Assembly: GCA_036803685.1 (NCBI GenBank)
Contig: DAIRTX010000010.1
Coordinates: forward strand, 2,074-66,073
Length of the DNA: 64,000 bases
Reading direction: 5' to 3'
From: Verrucomicrobiota bacterium
GTDB lineage: Bacteria; Verrucomicrobiota; Verrucomicrobiia; Limisphaerales; UBA11358
This document shows, piece after piece, positions 17,760-25,778 of this stretch. The position numbers and the translations under genes were made by a program. How positions within the stretch are numbered: the first letter of the stretch is position 1; each line of letters starts with the position of its first letter. Below the pieces are notes generated by a model that was not told the DNA's origin, did not search any database, and was given only the letters and a program-made list of their open reading frames with translations.

Positions 17760-18131
17760 ATGAAACCGTCCTTCTTGATTTCGGTTGCGGCCGGATTGCT
17801 TCTGGCCGGTTGCGGCAATAACAATTCCAGTCCTCATCCCCAAGGGACCAACACAAGTCAAACCACCAACACAACTGACAGCGCCCATCCCGCTGCGCCG
17901 TCGGGGGGCTATCTGGGCGCGTTAATGCAAGCAGACAAATACGCGGTCAAGACGATTGACGTGTCGTATCTCAACGAGGCCGTCCAGCTATTCAACACGC
18001 AGGAAGGCCGTTTGCCCAAAGATCTGAATGAACTGGTGCCGAATTATGTGGGCAAACTGCCAGCGACGCCTTACGGAACGAAACTCGACTATGACCCGAA
18101 TACCGGCCAGGTCAAAGTGGTGAAACAATAA
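17760..18131 (+). CDS. Small lipoprotein, function unknown
   Basis: 123 aa. 'LLLAGC' lipobox after a hydrophobic signal sequence. A good terminator follows. Confidence 0.65.
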   Translation: MKPSFLISVAAGLLLAGCGNNNSSPHPQGTNTSQTTNTTDSAHPAAPSGGYLGALMQADKYAVKTIDVSYLNEAVQLFNTQEGRLPKDLNELVPNYVGKLPATPYGTKLDYDPNTGQVKVVKQ

Positions 18132-18167
18132 ATTTCGCGTTGCCTCCACAAAAATTGCCCGGGACAG

Positions 18168-18200
18168 CCAGCCGGAATCGGCTGGTGTTTTTGTTTTTTT
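18168..18200 (+). terminator. Rho-independent terminator
   Basis: CCAGCCG-gaat-CGGCTGG followed by TGTTTTTGTTTTTTT. Confidence 0.75.
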
Positions 18201-18247
18201 GTCTCGCCAAAGCGCCGTTCGGCAGGCAAAGAGGATGCCTCTGAAAA

Positions 18248-19789
18248 ATGACCGAACAAATTGTCATCCTTGATTTTGGTTCGCAATACACCCAGGTGAT
18301 TGCGCGGCGCATCCGCGAATGCAACGTGTATTCCGTCATTCTGTGCCACGACACTCCGGCGGTGGAAATCGCCGCGCTGGCGCCCAGTGGCATCATTTTG
18401 TCCGGCGGTCCGTCCAGCGTGTATGCAAAAAAGGCCCCGTTGCCGGACAAGAATATTTTCGCGCTCGGCGTGCCTGTGCTCGGCATCTGCTACGGCGTGC
18501 AATTGTTCGCGCAGTTTCTCGGTGGCAAGGTCGAGAAAGGCCAGAAACGCGAATACGGCAAAGGTGTGCTCACAGTGAAGGACCCGTCGTGCGCGCTGTT
18601 CCGCAATCTGCCGGAAAGGTTGCAGGTCTGGAATTCGCACGGCGACAAGCTCACGAAACTGCCGCGCGATTTCAAATCGGTCGCCGTCACCGAAAACTCC
18701 GAATACGCCGCCATCGAAAACCGCGCGCGGAAATTTTTCGGCCTGCAATTTCATCCCGAAGTCGTCCACACGCCGCGCGGCCGGGAAATCATCGCCAATT
18801 TCGTTCACGGTGTCTGTGGCTGTGGCAAAAACTGGACGATGCGGAATTACGTTGAGCGAGCCGTCGAGGAAATCCGCACCCAGGTTGGGACGGAAAAAGT
18901 GATTCTCGGCTTGAGTGGCGGCGTGGATTCGAGCGTGGCGGCGGCGTTGCTGCACAAAGCCATCGGCGACCAGCTGACCTGCATTTTCGTCAACAACGGC
19001 CTGTTGCGCGGACGCGAGGCGGAAGTCGTGCAGGAAGTTTTCGGGCGCAATTTCAAAATCAAACTGCAATACGCAGACGCCTCGAAGCTGTTTTTGAAAC
19101 GGCTCAAAGGCGTGACCGAACCCGAACGCAAACGGAAGATCATCGGCAAGACGTTCATCGAAGTTTTTCAGAATGCGGCCCAGCATGCGGGCAAGGCGAA
19201 ATTTCTCGCGCAAGGAACGCTCTATCCCGACGTGATCGAGTCCGTGCCGATTGGCGGCAATCCCGCCGCGCTCATCAAGAGCCATCACAATGTCGGCGGG
19301 CTGCCGAAGAAAATGAAATTCGCGCTCGTTGAGCCGCTGAAATGCCTGTTCAAGGACGAGGTGCGCCAACTCGGGATCGAACTCGGTTTACCGAAGGAAA
19401 TTATTTTGCGCCAGCCGTTTCCCGGCCCGGGACTCGCCGTGCGCATTCTCGGCGAAGTGACGCCGGAACGCTGCGCGATTTTGCGGAACGCCGATGCCAT
19501 CGTCGTTGAGGAAATGAAGTCGAATGGGCTTTACTACAAAATCTGGCAGAGCTTCGCGGTATTACTGCCCGTGCGCAGCGTGGGCGTGATGGGCGACGAA
19601 CGGACTTATGATTACACCATCGCCATCCGCGCGGTGGAATCGCAGGACGGCATGACGGCGGACTGGGTGAAACTGCCCTACGAATTGCTGGAGAAACTCG
19701 CCAGCCGCATCATCAACGAGGTCAAGGGGGTGAACCGTTGCGTTTTCGACATCACCAGCAAGCCGCCGGGGACGATTGAGTGGGAGTAA
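18248..19789 (+). CDS. guaA: GMP synthase (glutamine-hydrolysing)
   Basis: 513 aa. '[18 protein letters not shown]', 'GICYG' and 'LSGGVDSSV', with the C-terminal 'KPPGTIEWE' end typical of GuaA. Confidence 0.97.
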   Translation: MTEQIVILDFGSQYTQVIARRIRECNVYSVILCHDTPAVEIAALAPSGIILSGGPSSVYAKKAPLPDKNIFALGVPVLGICYGVQLFAQFLGGKVEKGQKREYGKGVLTVKDPSCALFRNLPERLQVWNSHGDKLTKLPRDFKSVAVTENSEYAAIENRARKFFGLQFHPEVVHTPRGREIIANFVHGVCGCGKNWTMRNYVERAVEEIRTQVGTEKVILGLSGGVDSSVAAALLHKAIGDQLTCIFVNNGLLRGREAEVVQEVFGRNFKIKLQYADASKLFLKRLKGVTEPERKRKIIGKTFIEVFQNAAQHAGKAKFLAQGTLYPDVIESVPIGGNPAALIKSHHNVGGLPKKMKFALVEPLKCLFKDEVRQLGIELGLPKEIILRQPFPGPGLAVRILGEVTPERCAILRNADAIVVEEMKSNGLYYKIWQSFAVLLPVRSVGVMGDERTYDYTIAIRAVESQDGMTADWVKLPYELLEKLASRIINEVKGVNRCVFDITSKPPGTIEWE

Positions 19790-19860
19790 AACGGCGCGAT
19801 TTTTTGCTGGTTTGCGGCGGGCCGTGGATTTAATCTGGAGGCACAAACTTATTCCGGCTT

Positions 19861-20373
19861 ATGGACATCATCTTTAATTGCCCTCATTGCGAACAGGAAA
19901 TGGCCGTGGACAATTCCGGCGCTGGCTCGGAAATCCAGTGCCCGTCGTGCGGCGCGAAAATTACGATTCCGTCAGCAGCAACGCCGCCCGCTCCTGCATC
20001 CGCTCCGGCGGGACCGGTTGGTGGCGGCTCTCAAGCCAGCCATACCATCGCCTCGTCCGCCGCCGCCAAAATCGAAATGCACCTCAAGGTGCCCGTGCGT
20101 GACAAGCCGGGCGAGGTTCTCATTGCCAAACCGAAAACGCCGTTGGAGGCGGTGGTCAGGGGCGCCGACAAAAAAATCCGGGTGCGGACGATCCGCCACA
20201 ACATGTGCATTGAAGCGGGCCACGACAAGTTTGATGAAAAGGTCACGGAATTTTTGCATGAAGTCGGCGAGGCCAATCTCATCGGCGTTCACCCGGTCAG
20301 CTACTCGCATTTTGACGTCGGCACGCAAAAGCTACTGACGGATTATGGCGTGCTGGTTTTGTATCGGGGATGA
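19861..20373 (+). CDS. Zinc-ribbon protein (CPHC...CPSC) with Pro/Ala linker and uncharacterised C-terminal domain
   Basis: 170 aa. The N-terminus 'FNCPHCEQEMAVDNSGAGSEIQCPSCGAKITIP' is a four-Cys zinc ribbon. Confidence 0.7.
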   Translation: MDIIFNCPHCEQEMAVDNSGAGSEIQCPSCGAKITIPSAATPPAPASAPAGPVGGGSQASHTIASSAAAKIEMHLKVPVRDKPGEVLIAKPKTPLEAVVRGADKKIRVRTIRHNMCIEAGHDKFDEKVTEFLHEVGEANLIGVHPVSYSHFDVGTQKLLTDYGVLVLYRG

Positions 20374-20425
20374 TACGGGTCGCACCCGCCTTGACTTGCC
20401 GATTTCGGGTCGTTATTGTCGCCAC

Positions 20426-21418
20426 ATGAATCGCCGGTTTGGTTTCCTGTTCCTGGTCGCTGCGGCCGTGGTGTTGTTTCCATTTCGCGCGCCCGCGCCG
20501 TTATTCTATGTGCCGGGTGAAGGCTGGTATTACGAGCTGTATGGCCAGAACACCAAGTGGCAGCGCCCCCGTGCCAAGGAACAATTGGACGTTGCGGAAC
20601 AGGCTTTCGCCAAGAACGACTACAACACCACGCTCCATGCCGCGCACCGCGTCTTGCGCGTGTGGCCGTTGTCAGACTACGCGCCGGACGCGGAATATCT
20701 CATTGGCCGCTGCCTCGAGGCGACAGGCAATGATGAAGCCGCGTTCAAAGCCTACCAAAACATCATCGAAAAATATCCGCGCAGCAGCCGCTATGAAGAA
20801 GTGCTCTGGCGGCAGTATGAAATCGCCAACCGTTTCTTCGGCGGCAAGCGGTTCAGAATCTTCTGGGGTTACCTCCCGCTGTATCGCTCGATGAGTCAAA
20901 CGGCGCAAATGTTTGACAAGGTCGTCAACAACGGCCCTTACAGCGACATCGCCGCGCACGCGCAATTGCGCATCGGCGCCGCGCGCGAAAAACAGAAAAA
21001 TTATCCCGAGGCGGTAAAGGCTTACGCCACCGCCGCCGATCGTTACTACAACCTGCCGGCCATTGCCTCTGACGCGCTGTTCCGTGAAGGCATTTCGTAT
21101 GCGCGGCAGGCGGCGAAGGCTGAATACGACCAAAACACCGCGGTGCAGGCGATTGCGACGTTCACTGATTTCATCACGCTTTATCCCGACGATAAGCGCG
21201 TGCCGCAGGCGGAAAAAGCCATTGCCGTGCTCAAGGCTGAACAGGTGCGCGGTAATTTTGGAATCGCAAAATTCTACGAACAGGGCAAGAAATGGAACGG
21301 CGCGCTGGTTTATTACAACGAAGTGCTGCAACTGGATCCAAACTCGCCTTACGCCGCGTCCGCGCGCCAGCGCATCGAAGCCCTCAAACCGCGCGTTCAA
21401 GCGTCAACCGCCAACTGA
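20426..21418 (+). CDS. bamD: Outer membrane protein assembly factor BamD (YfiO-like TPR lipoprotein)
   Basis: Start at MNRRFGFLFLV (the track ORF starts at 20345). TPR-like repeats 'DYAPDAEYLIGRCLEATGNDEAAFKAYQNIIEKYPRS' and 'AIATFTDFITLYPDDKRVPQAEKAI' are typical of BamD. Confidence 0.82.
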   Translation: MNRRFGFLFLVAAAVVLFPFRAPAPLFYVPGEGWYYELYGQNTKWQRPRAKEQLDVAEQAFAKNDYNTTLHAAHRVLRVWPLSDYAPDAEYLIGRCLEATGNDEAAFKAYQNIIEKYPRSSRYEEVLWRQYEIANRFFGGKRFRIFWGYLPLYRSMSQTAQMFDKVVNNGPYSDIAAHAQLRIGAAREKQKNYPEAVKAYATAADRYYNLPAIASDALFREGISYARQAAKAEYDQNTAVQAIATFTDFITLYPDDKRVPQAEKAIAVLKAEQVRGNFGIAKFYEQGKKWNGALVYYNEVLQLDPNSPYAASARQRIEALKPRVQASTAN

Positions 21419-21419
21419 A

Positions 21420-21932
21420 ATGCGTCTGCCGGAAATTTTTGCCGTTTCCGCGGTGGCGGCGTTGCTCGCCGGTTGCGCCGGCTACCATCTCGGCCCCGTC
21501 AACGGCGCGGTCGCGGGTGAAAAGTCGGTTGAAGTTTTGCCGTTCAACAACCAGACGCTTCAACCGCGGCTCGGCGACGCGGTCACCCAGGCATTGCGTG
21601 AACGGCTCCAAACCGACGGCACTTACCACCTCGCCACGCACGGTCCCGGTGACGTCGTCGTCAGCGGTGTGATTACGCGCTACAACCGTGAAGGGTTGAG
21701 CTATTTGAACAATGACGTCACAACGACGGAGAATTACCGGGTTGGCATCACCGCGCGCGTCATCGCGCGCGAACACGCCACGGGCAAAGTATTATTCGAT
21801 AAAAACGTGAACGGCTACACGCTGATTCACGTCGGCACGGATTTGGCGGACTCGGAGCGCCAGTCGCTGCCGCTGCTGGCGGAAGATCTGGCGCGAAACG
21901 TCACGGAATTGCTGACCGAAGGCGTGTGGTAA
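21420..21932 (+). CDS. lptE: LptE-like LPS-assembly lipoprotein
   Basis: 170 aa starting 1 nt after the bamD stop. Lipobox 'LLAGCAGYHLGP', then 'VEVLPFNNQTLQPRLGDAVTQALRERL', resemble LptE (PF04390-like). Assigned from memory of family features. Confidence 0.6.
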   Translation: MRLPEIFAVSAVAALLAGCAGYHLGPVNGAVAGEKSVEVLPFNNQTLQPRLGDAVTQALRERLQTDGTYHLATHGPGDVVVSGVITRYNREGLSYLNNDVTTTENYRVGITARVIAREHATGKVLFDKNVNGYTLIHVGTDLADSERQSLPLLAEDLARNVTELLTEGVW

Positions 21933-21990
21933 AAACAGTTGGATTTGTTGAGACCAATTCGTATTCTGCTTCGTTTTTCGTAACGAATAA

Positions 21991-22425
21991 TTGGACAAAC
22001 CATCAACCATTATGACAAAAAATATCTCTAAAATCGCAGTTCTGAGCCTCTTTGCCGCGGCTCTCGTCGCAATGCCCGCGTTGTCGCGCGCGGAAGGCGC
22101 CAGCACGAATGCCCCGGCGTCGTCCGACCAAACCCCCGCCAAGCCCAAGAAACATGTCAACCTGCCCTTCCATGGCAACCTGAGCGCGATAGACACGAAG
22201 GCGATGACGCTTACCGTGGACACGCTCACACTGCAAGTCACGTCCGACACCCTGATTACCAAGGACGGCAAGTCGGCCACACTGGCTGACGGCGTGGTGG
22301 GAGAGCTGGTCAGTGGCGTTTACAAGAAAACTAACAATGGCAAACTCAACGCCACCAGCGTCCACTTCGGCGCCAAAGCCGAAATGAAAAAGAAGGAAAC
22401 TTCGGGCACCGGTGGCAACCATTAA
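21991..22425 (+). CDS. Secreted small protein (DUF5666-like beta domain)
   Basis: 144 aa (alternative start at 22012), with signal peptide 'IAVLSLFAAALVAMPALSRA'. A terminator follows. Confidence 0.6.
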   Translation: MDKPSTIMTKNISKIAVLSLFAAALVAMPALSRAEGASTNAPASSDQTPAKPKKHVNLPFHGNLSAIDTKAMTLTVDTLTLQVTSDTLITKDGKSATLADGVVGELVSGVYKKTNNGKLNATSVHFGAKAEMKKKETSGTGGNH

Positions 22426-22450
22426 TGGACCGGAGTTTTTTTGAATCTTC

Positions 22451-22478
22451 AAGGCGGGCGGCAACGCCCGCCTTTTTT
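22451..22478 (+). terminator. Rho-independent terminator
   Basis: AAGGCGGGCG-gcaa-CGCCCGCCTT followed by TTTT. It abuts the stop of the convergent kinase gene. Confidence 0.75.
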
Positions 22479-23475
22479 ATGCCCGCTTCCACCAACTGGT
22501 GAGACTTTTGAACTTTTGCGCCTGTGGCAATTGATTTTGCATCACGAGCAACTGGCTGCGCGCCGCCGTCAGCGCCATGATGAATTCGTCATAGCTCAGG
22601 AAACGTTCCGCGGGATTTTTTGCCATTGCCTTCACCAGCGCATCGCTCGTGGCCTGCGTGATCTCAGGCACGACCAGATTCGGCGGCGTCAGGGGTGTTT
22701 GCACCTGGGCAACGATCACTTCCTCGACCGTCGGCGCTTCAAACGGCACATGACCGGTCATCGCGTGATAGAGCGTGGCGCCGAGGCTGTACATATCGGA
22801 CAGAAAAGTTTCCGGCTCGCGCTTGATTTTTTCCGGCGCGACGTAATACGGCGTGCCCCACGTCACGTCCTCCACTTCATGTTCCACGTCGGCTTTGCGG
22901 GCGAGGCCGAAGTCAATCAGCTTTGGTTCGTGGTCCGCGTTGAACAAAATATTGCCCGGCTTGATGTCCCGGTGGAGCAAATCGTGCTTGAGCGCCAGGT
23001 CGAGCGCGGAGGCGATTTTGACGCCGATGTCGAGCATGTCCAATTCCTGCAGCAGGCGTAGTTTCTCAATGCGCGCGTCCAGGCTGCCATGATCGGCCAG
23101 CTCCATCACGAGATACTGTTGGCCCTCCCAGTCGTCGAAGGAGTAAATGTGAACGATGTTCGTATGGTTGAGCCGGGCACAGGCGCGGGCTTCGCGATAA
23201 AAACTTTCCAGTGCCTTCTGATCGGTGAGCAATTCCTTCCGCATCAACTTCACCGCCACCATGCGCTCCAGTGTCGTATCCCAGGCACGATAGACCGTGC
23301 CCATGCCGCCCGAACCGACGACGCTCCGCAACTCGAATTGCCGGATCATCATGGGCATCATGATGGGATGCCCGCACTTGCTGCACGGCACCGTGCCCAA
23401 CGGCGCCAGGTCGCCCGGGATGAAGACCTTCGTCTCACACCACCCGCATGTGACCATTCGTAATTGTTCGCTCAT
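22477..23475 (-). CDS. Ser/Thr protein kinase with N-terminal zinc ribbon
   Basis: 332 aa. 'CGWCETK...CSKCGH', then the kinase subdomains 'VGSGGMGTVYRA', 'VAVKLM', 'HRDIKPGNILF', 'DFGLA' and 'GTPYYVAPE'. Confidence 0.9.
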   Translation of the reverse strand: MSEQLRMVTCGWCETKVFIPGDLAPLGTVPCSKCGHPIMMPMMIRQFELRSVVGSGGMGTVYRAWDTTLERMVAVKLMRKELLTDQKALESFYREARACARLNHTNIVHIYSFDDWEGQQYLVMELADHGSLDARIEKLRLLQELDMLDIGVKIASALDLALKHDLLHRDIKPGNILFNADHEPKLIDFGLARKADVEHEVEDVTWGTPYYVAPEKIKREPETFLSDMYSLGATLYHAMTGHVPFEAPTVEEVIVAQVQTPLTPPNLVVPEITQATSDALVKAMAKNPAERFLSYDEFIMALTAARSQLLVMQNQLPQAQKFKSLTSWWKRA

Positions 23476-23574
23476 GCTTGAACCAATTTAACACTACTTC
23501 TCCATCCGACAAGCCTTGAGAAAGGCTGCTTTTCAAAATTAAAAACTTTGACAAACGCGCCCAAATGGTGTTTC

Positions 23575-23761
23575 TTCCCCGCGGTTGAATATGAAAAACA
23601 CGTTTGCTCCAACGCTGAAGCACGCGCAGTCCAACGGACGCATGTCCATTTGGATGCGCGTCTGCAGGCGTTTTGGCATCGTGGGGGTGAAGTTCTGATA
23701 CAGGGACAAGGATTTTTGAAAAACCCGCGATTGCCAGTCAATCGCGGGTTTTTCGCTTTTT
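23575..23761 (+). ncRNA. Candidate structured RNA or leader ending in an intrinsic terminator (family unknown)
   Basis: No convincing ORF. There is a long hairpin at 23609..23676 (about 22-24 bp with small bulges). CTTCCCC (about 23574-23580) can pair with GGGGTGAAG (about 23682-23690). A terminator lies at 23721..23761. The upstream neighbour is on the other strand. Confidence 0.3.
23721..23761 (+). terminator. Rho-independent terminator (hairpin also flanked by a T-run on the opposite strand)
   Basis: AAACCCGCGATT-gccagtc-AATCGCGGGTTT followed by TTCGCTTTTT. Confidence 0.75.
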
Positions 23762-23788
23762 AACCCAAACCAAACGAAAGGAAAAAAC

Positions 23789-24127
23789 ATGAACAAAAAT
23801 GAAACACGGGGGCCGGCCAGGTTCGGCCCCAAAACGCGGTTCGAGTTGCGACCGGCTCCGCCGGCGCCATTTCGCGCCACGCAGGAAACCGAGTTCGAGC
23901 GGCTCAAAAGCCGTTTGCTCGCGCGGCAATTGGCCGAAGCGCCGACGCCGGAGTTGAACCCTCCGTTGCGGCGCGCGGCCAACGACGCGGCGGCGCTGGC
24001 ATGGGCGACACTTTACCCCTTGCTGGTGTTCCCGGTGCTGTTCGATGAAAAAACCCAGGCTGCCCTTCGCCAGGCTGAACGCCAGGCGCGCATTTTCGAG
24101 AGCAGCCGCGAACTGCTCGCCGTATGA
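23789..24127 (+). CDS. Hypothetical protein (112 aa)
   Basis: G/C-rich third positions and a purine-rich stretch AAAGGAAAAAAC before the ATG. No family recognised. Confidence 0.5.
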   Translation: MNKNETRGPARFGPKTRFELRPAPPAPFRATQETEFERLKSRLLARQLAEAPTPELNPPLRRAANDAAALAWATLYPLLVFPVLFDEKTQAALRQAERQARIFESSRELLAV

Positions 24128-24342
24128 AATCGCGCCAGTTGCTTGCAGTGGGGGCATCCGCTGCGATGTCAGGAGTTGCGACAACCCCAGCGGGCTTGCC
24201 GCGCCGACTCGTCGCGCCGAAGCAAAACGAAGGCGGAAGCGCGGAGCGCGCAGGCGGGGAGCCGTTGGCACGAGCGAAAAAATCTGACGCTCGTGCCAAC
24301 GGCTTTCCGCCGCGCCTTTTTGCTTTGTGGGGAAATTGAATT

Positions 24343-24428
24343 GGTAGGGACGCCGCGCCGCGGTGCCCGAAACCGGTAGGGCCGCGCTGCTGCGCGGCCT
24401 CGGACGACCAAGCCGGGTCGTCCCTGCC
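24343..24428. repeat. GGTAGGGC...CCCTGCC family palindromic element (tandem 1.5 copies)
   Basis: GGTAGGGACGCCGCGCCGCGGTGCCC...GGTAGGGCCGCGCTGCTGCGCGGCC...GGGTCGTCCCTGCC, ending 8 nt from the murA stop. Confidence 0.75.
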
Positions 24429-24436
24429 TTTTCAAA

Positions 24437-25699
24437 TCACGTTTCCTCGACGCGCTGAATGCGCGCACCGAGCTTTCGCAGCTTCGCGTCCATGCTTTCG
24501 TAGCCGCGATCCAAATGGTAAATGCGATTGACCTGCGTTGCGCCTTTGGCCGCCAAACCGGCAATCACCAGCGCCGCCGACGCGCGCAAATCGCTCGCCA
24601 TCACCGGCGCACCGCTCAACGGTTTGCCGCCTTTGACAATTGCGCTCGGTCCCTCAATCTCAATGTCCGCGCCGAGCCGTGCCAGTTCGCTCACGTGCAT
24701 GAAACGCGACTCAAAAATCCGCTCCGTGATGATGCTGATGCCCGGGGCGAGCGCGAACAGCGACATCATCTGCGCCTGCACGTCCGTTGGAAAACCGGAA
24801 TAGGGCAGCGTTGTCACGTCCGCCGGCTTGAGCCGGCCGCTTCGATGCACCAGCAAATTTGCACCGCGCCGTTCCACCACCACGCCCGCTTCGTTCAATT
24901 TATCAGTCACCGCGCGCAGGTGATCCGCTCGCGCGCCCTTGAGCGTGACTTCGCCGTCTGTCGCGGCGGCGGCAATCGCGTAAGTTGCCGCTTCAATCCG
25001 GTCAGGAATGACTTCGTGCTTCGCGCCGTGCAACTTTTTGACGCCGGTGATCGTAATCGTCGGGCTGCCCGCGCCCGAAATTTTTGCGCCCATCGCATTC
25101 AGGAAATTTGCCAGGTCCACGACCTCCGGTTCGCACGCCGCGCTTTCGATGACCGTCACGCCTTCGGCCAGCGTCGCCGCCATCATCACATTCGCCGTGC
25201 CCAGCACGGTCGAGCCCGCGCGTCCGCCGAGAAACATCGGCACGCCAGTGAGTTGTTTCGCCGCGGCGCTGACATAACCGCCTTCAATCGTGATTTTCGC
25301 GCCGAGTGATTCGAAGCCTTTCAAGTGCAAATTGATGGGGCGTGCGCCGATGATGCAGCCGCCAGGCAGCGACACGCGCGCTTTTTTCAGACGGCCCAGC
25401 AGCGGCCCCATGATGCAAATCGAGCCGCGCATCTTGCGGACGAGTTCGTAATCGGCGTAGCCGCGGACTTTTTGCGCGCGGACCGTCAGCGTGCCGCGCT
25501 CGAATTTCACCGTCGCGCCCAGCGATTTGAGGATCTGCACCATGAACCGCGTGTCGCTGAGGTCGGGCACGCGCCGGATGACGCACGGTTCGCCGGTCAA
25601 CAGCGTGGCCGCCATGATGGGCAGCGCGGCATTTTTGCTGCCGCTGATGGTCACCTCGCCGTGCAGTGGCACGCCGCCTTTGATCAAAAAACTTTCCAT
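24437..25699 (-). CDS. murA: UDP-N-acetylglucosamine 1-carboxyvinyltransferase
   Basis: 420 aa. 'LHGEVTISGSKNAALPIMAATLL'. Full-length EPSP-synthase-fold MurA pattern. Confidence 0.97.
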   Translation of the reverse strand: MESFLIKGGVPLHGEVTISGSKNAALPIMAATLLTGEPCVIRRVPDLSDTRFMVQILKSLGATVKFERGTLTVRAQKVRGYADYELVRKMRGSICIMGPLLGRLKKARVSLPGGCIIGARPINLHLKGFESLGAKITIEGGYVSAAAKQLTGVPMFLGGRAGSTVLGTANVMMAATLAEGVTVIESAACEPEVVDLANFLNAMGAKISGAGSPTITITGVKKLHGAKHEVIPDRIEAATYAIAAAATDGEVTLKGARADHLRAVTDKLNEAGVVVERRGANLLVHRSGRLKPADVTTLPYSGFPTDVQAQMMSLFALAPGISIITERIFESRFMHVSELARLGADIEIEGPSAIVKGGKPLSGAPVMASDLRASAALVIAGLAAKGATQVNRIYHLDRGYESMDAKLRKLGARIQRVEET

Positions 25700-25714
25700 G
25701 AAATAATTATTTTT

Positions 25715-25773
25715 GGCAGGGACGCGCTGCCGCGCGTCCCTGATTTTGGGCGGCGCAGCAACGCCGCCCTACC
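25715..25773. repeat. GGTAGGGC...CCCTGCC family element, inverted relative to 24343..24428
   Basis: The reverse complement reads GGTAGGGCGGCGTTGCTGCGCCGCCC...CAGGGACGCGCGGCAGCGCGTCCCTGCC, which aligns with the copy left of murA. Confidence 0.75.
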
Positions 25774-25778
25774 TGAAT

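Noticed and set aside
23575-23761. Assigning the candidate RNA to 6S, SRP (4.5S), tmRNA or RNase P.
   Set aside because: I found none of the conserved motifs I know for these families: the SRP GGAA/AGCA symmetric-loop context, a tmRNA tag ORF with tRNA-like end, or the RNase P GAAAGUCCGGGC-type P4 region. The RNA is kept only as an unclassified candidate.
23738-24271. A 177-aa minus-strand ORF, as an alternative to the 112-aa plus-strand gene.
   Set aside because: The plus-strand frame has the stronger G/C third-position bias and a purine-rich pre-ATG stretch. The minus ORF is Arg/Pro/Ala-rich and runs through the terminator hairpin.
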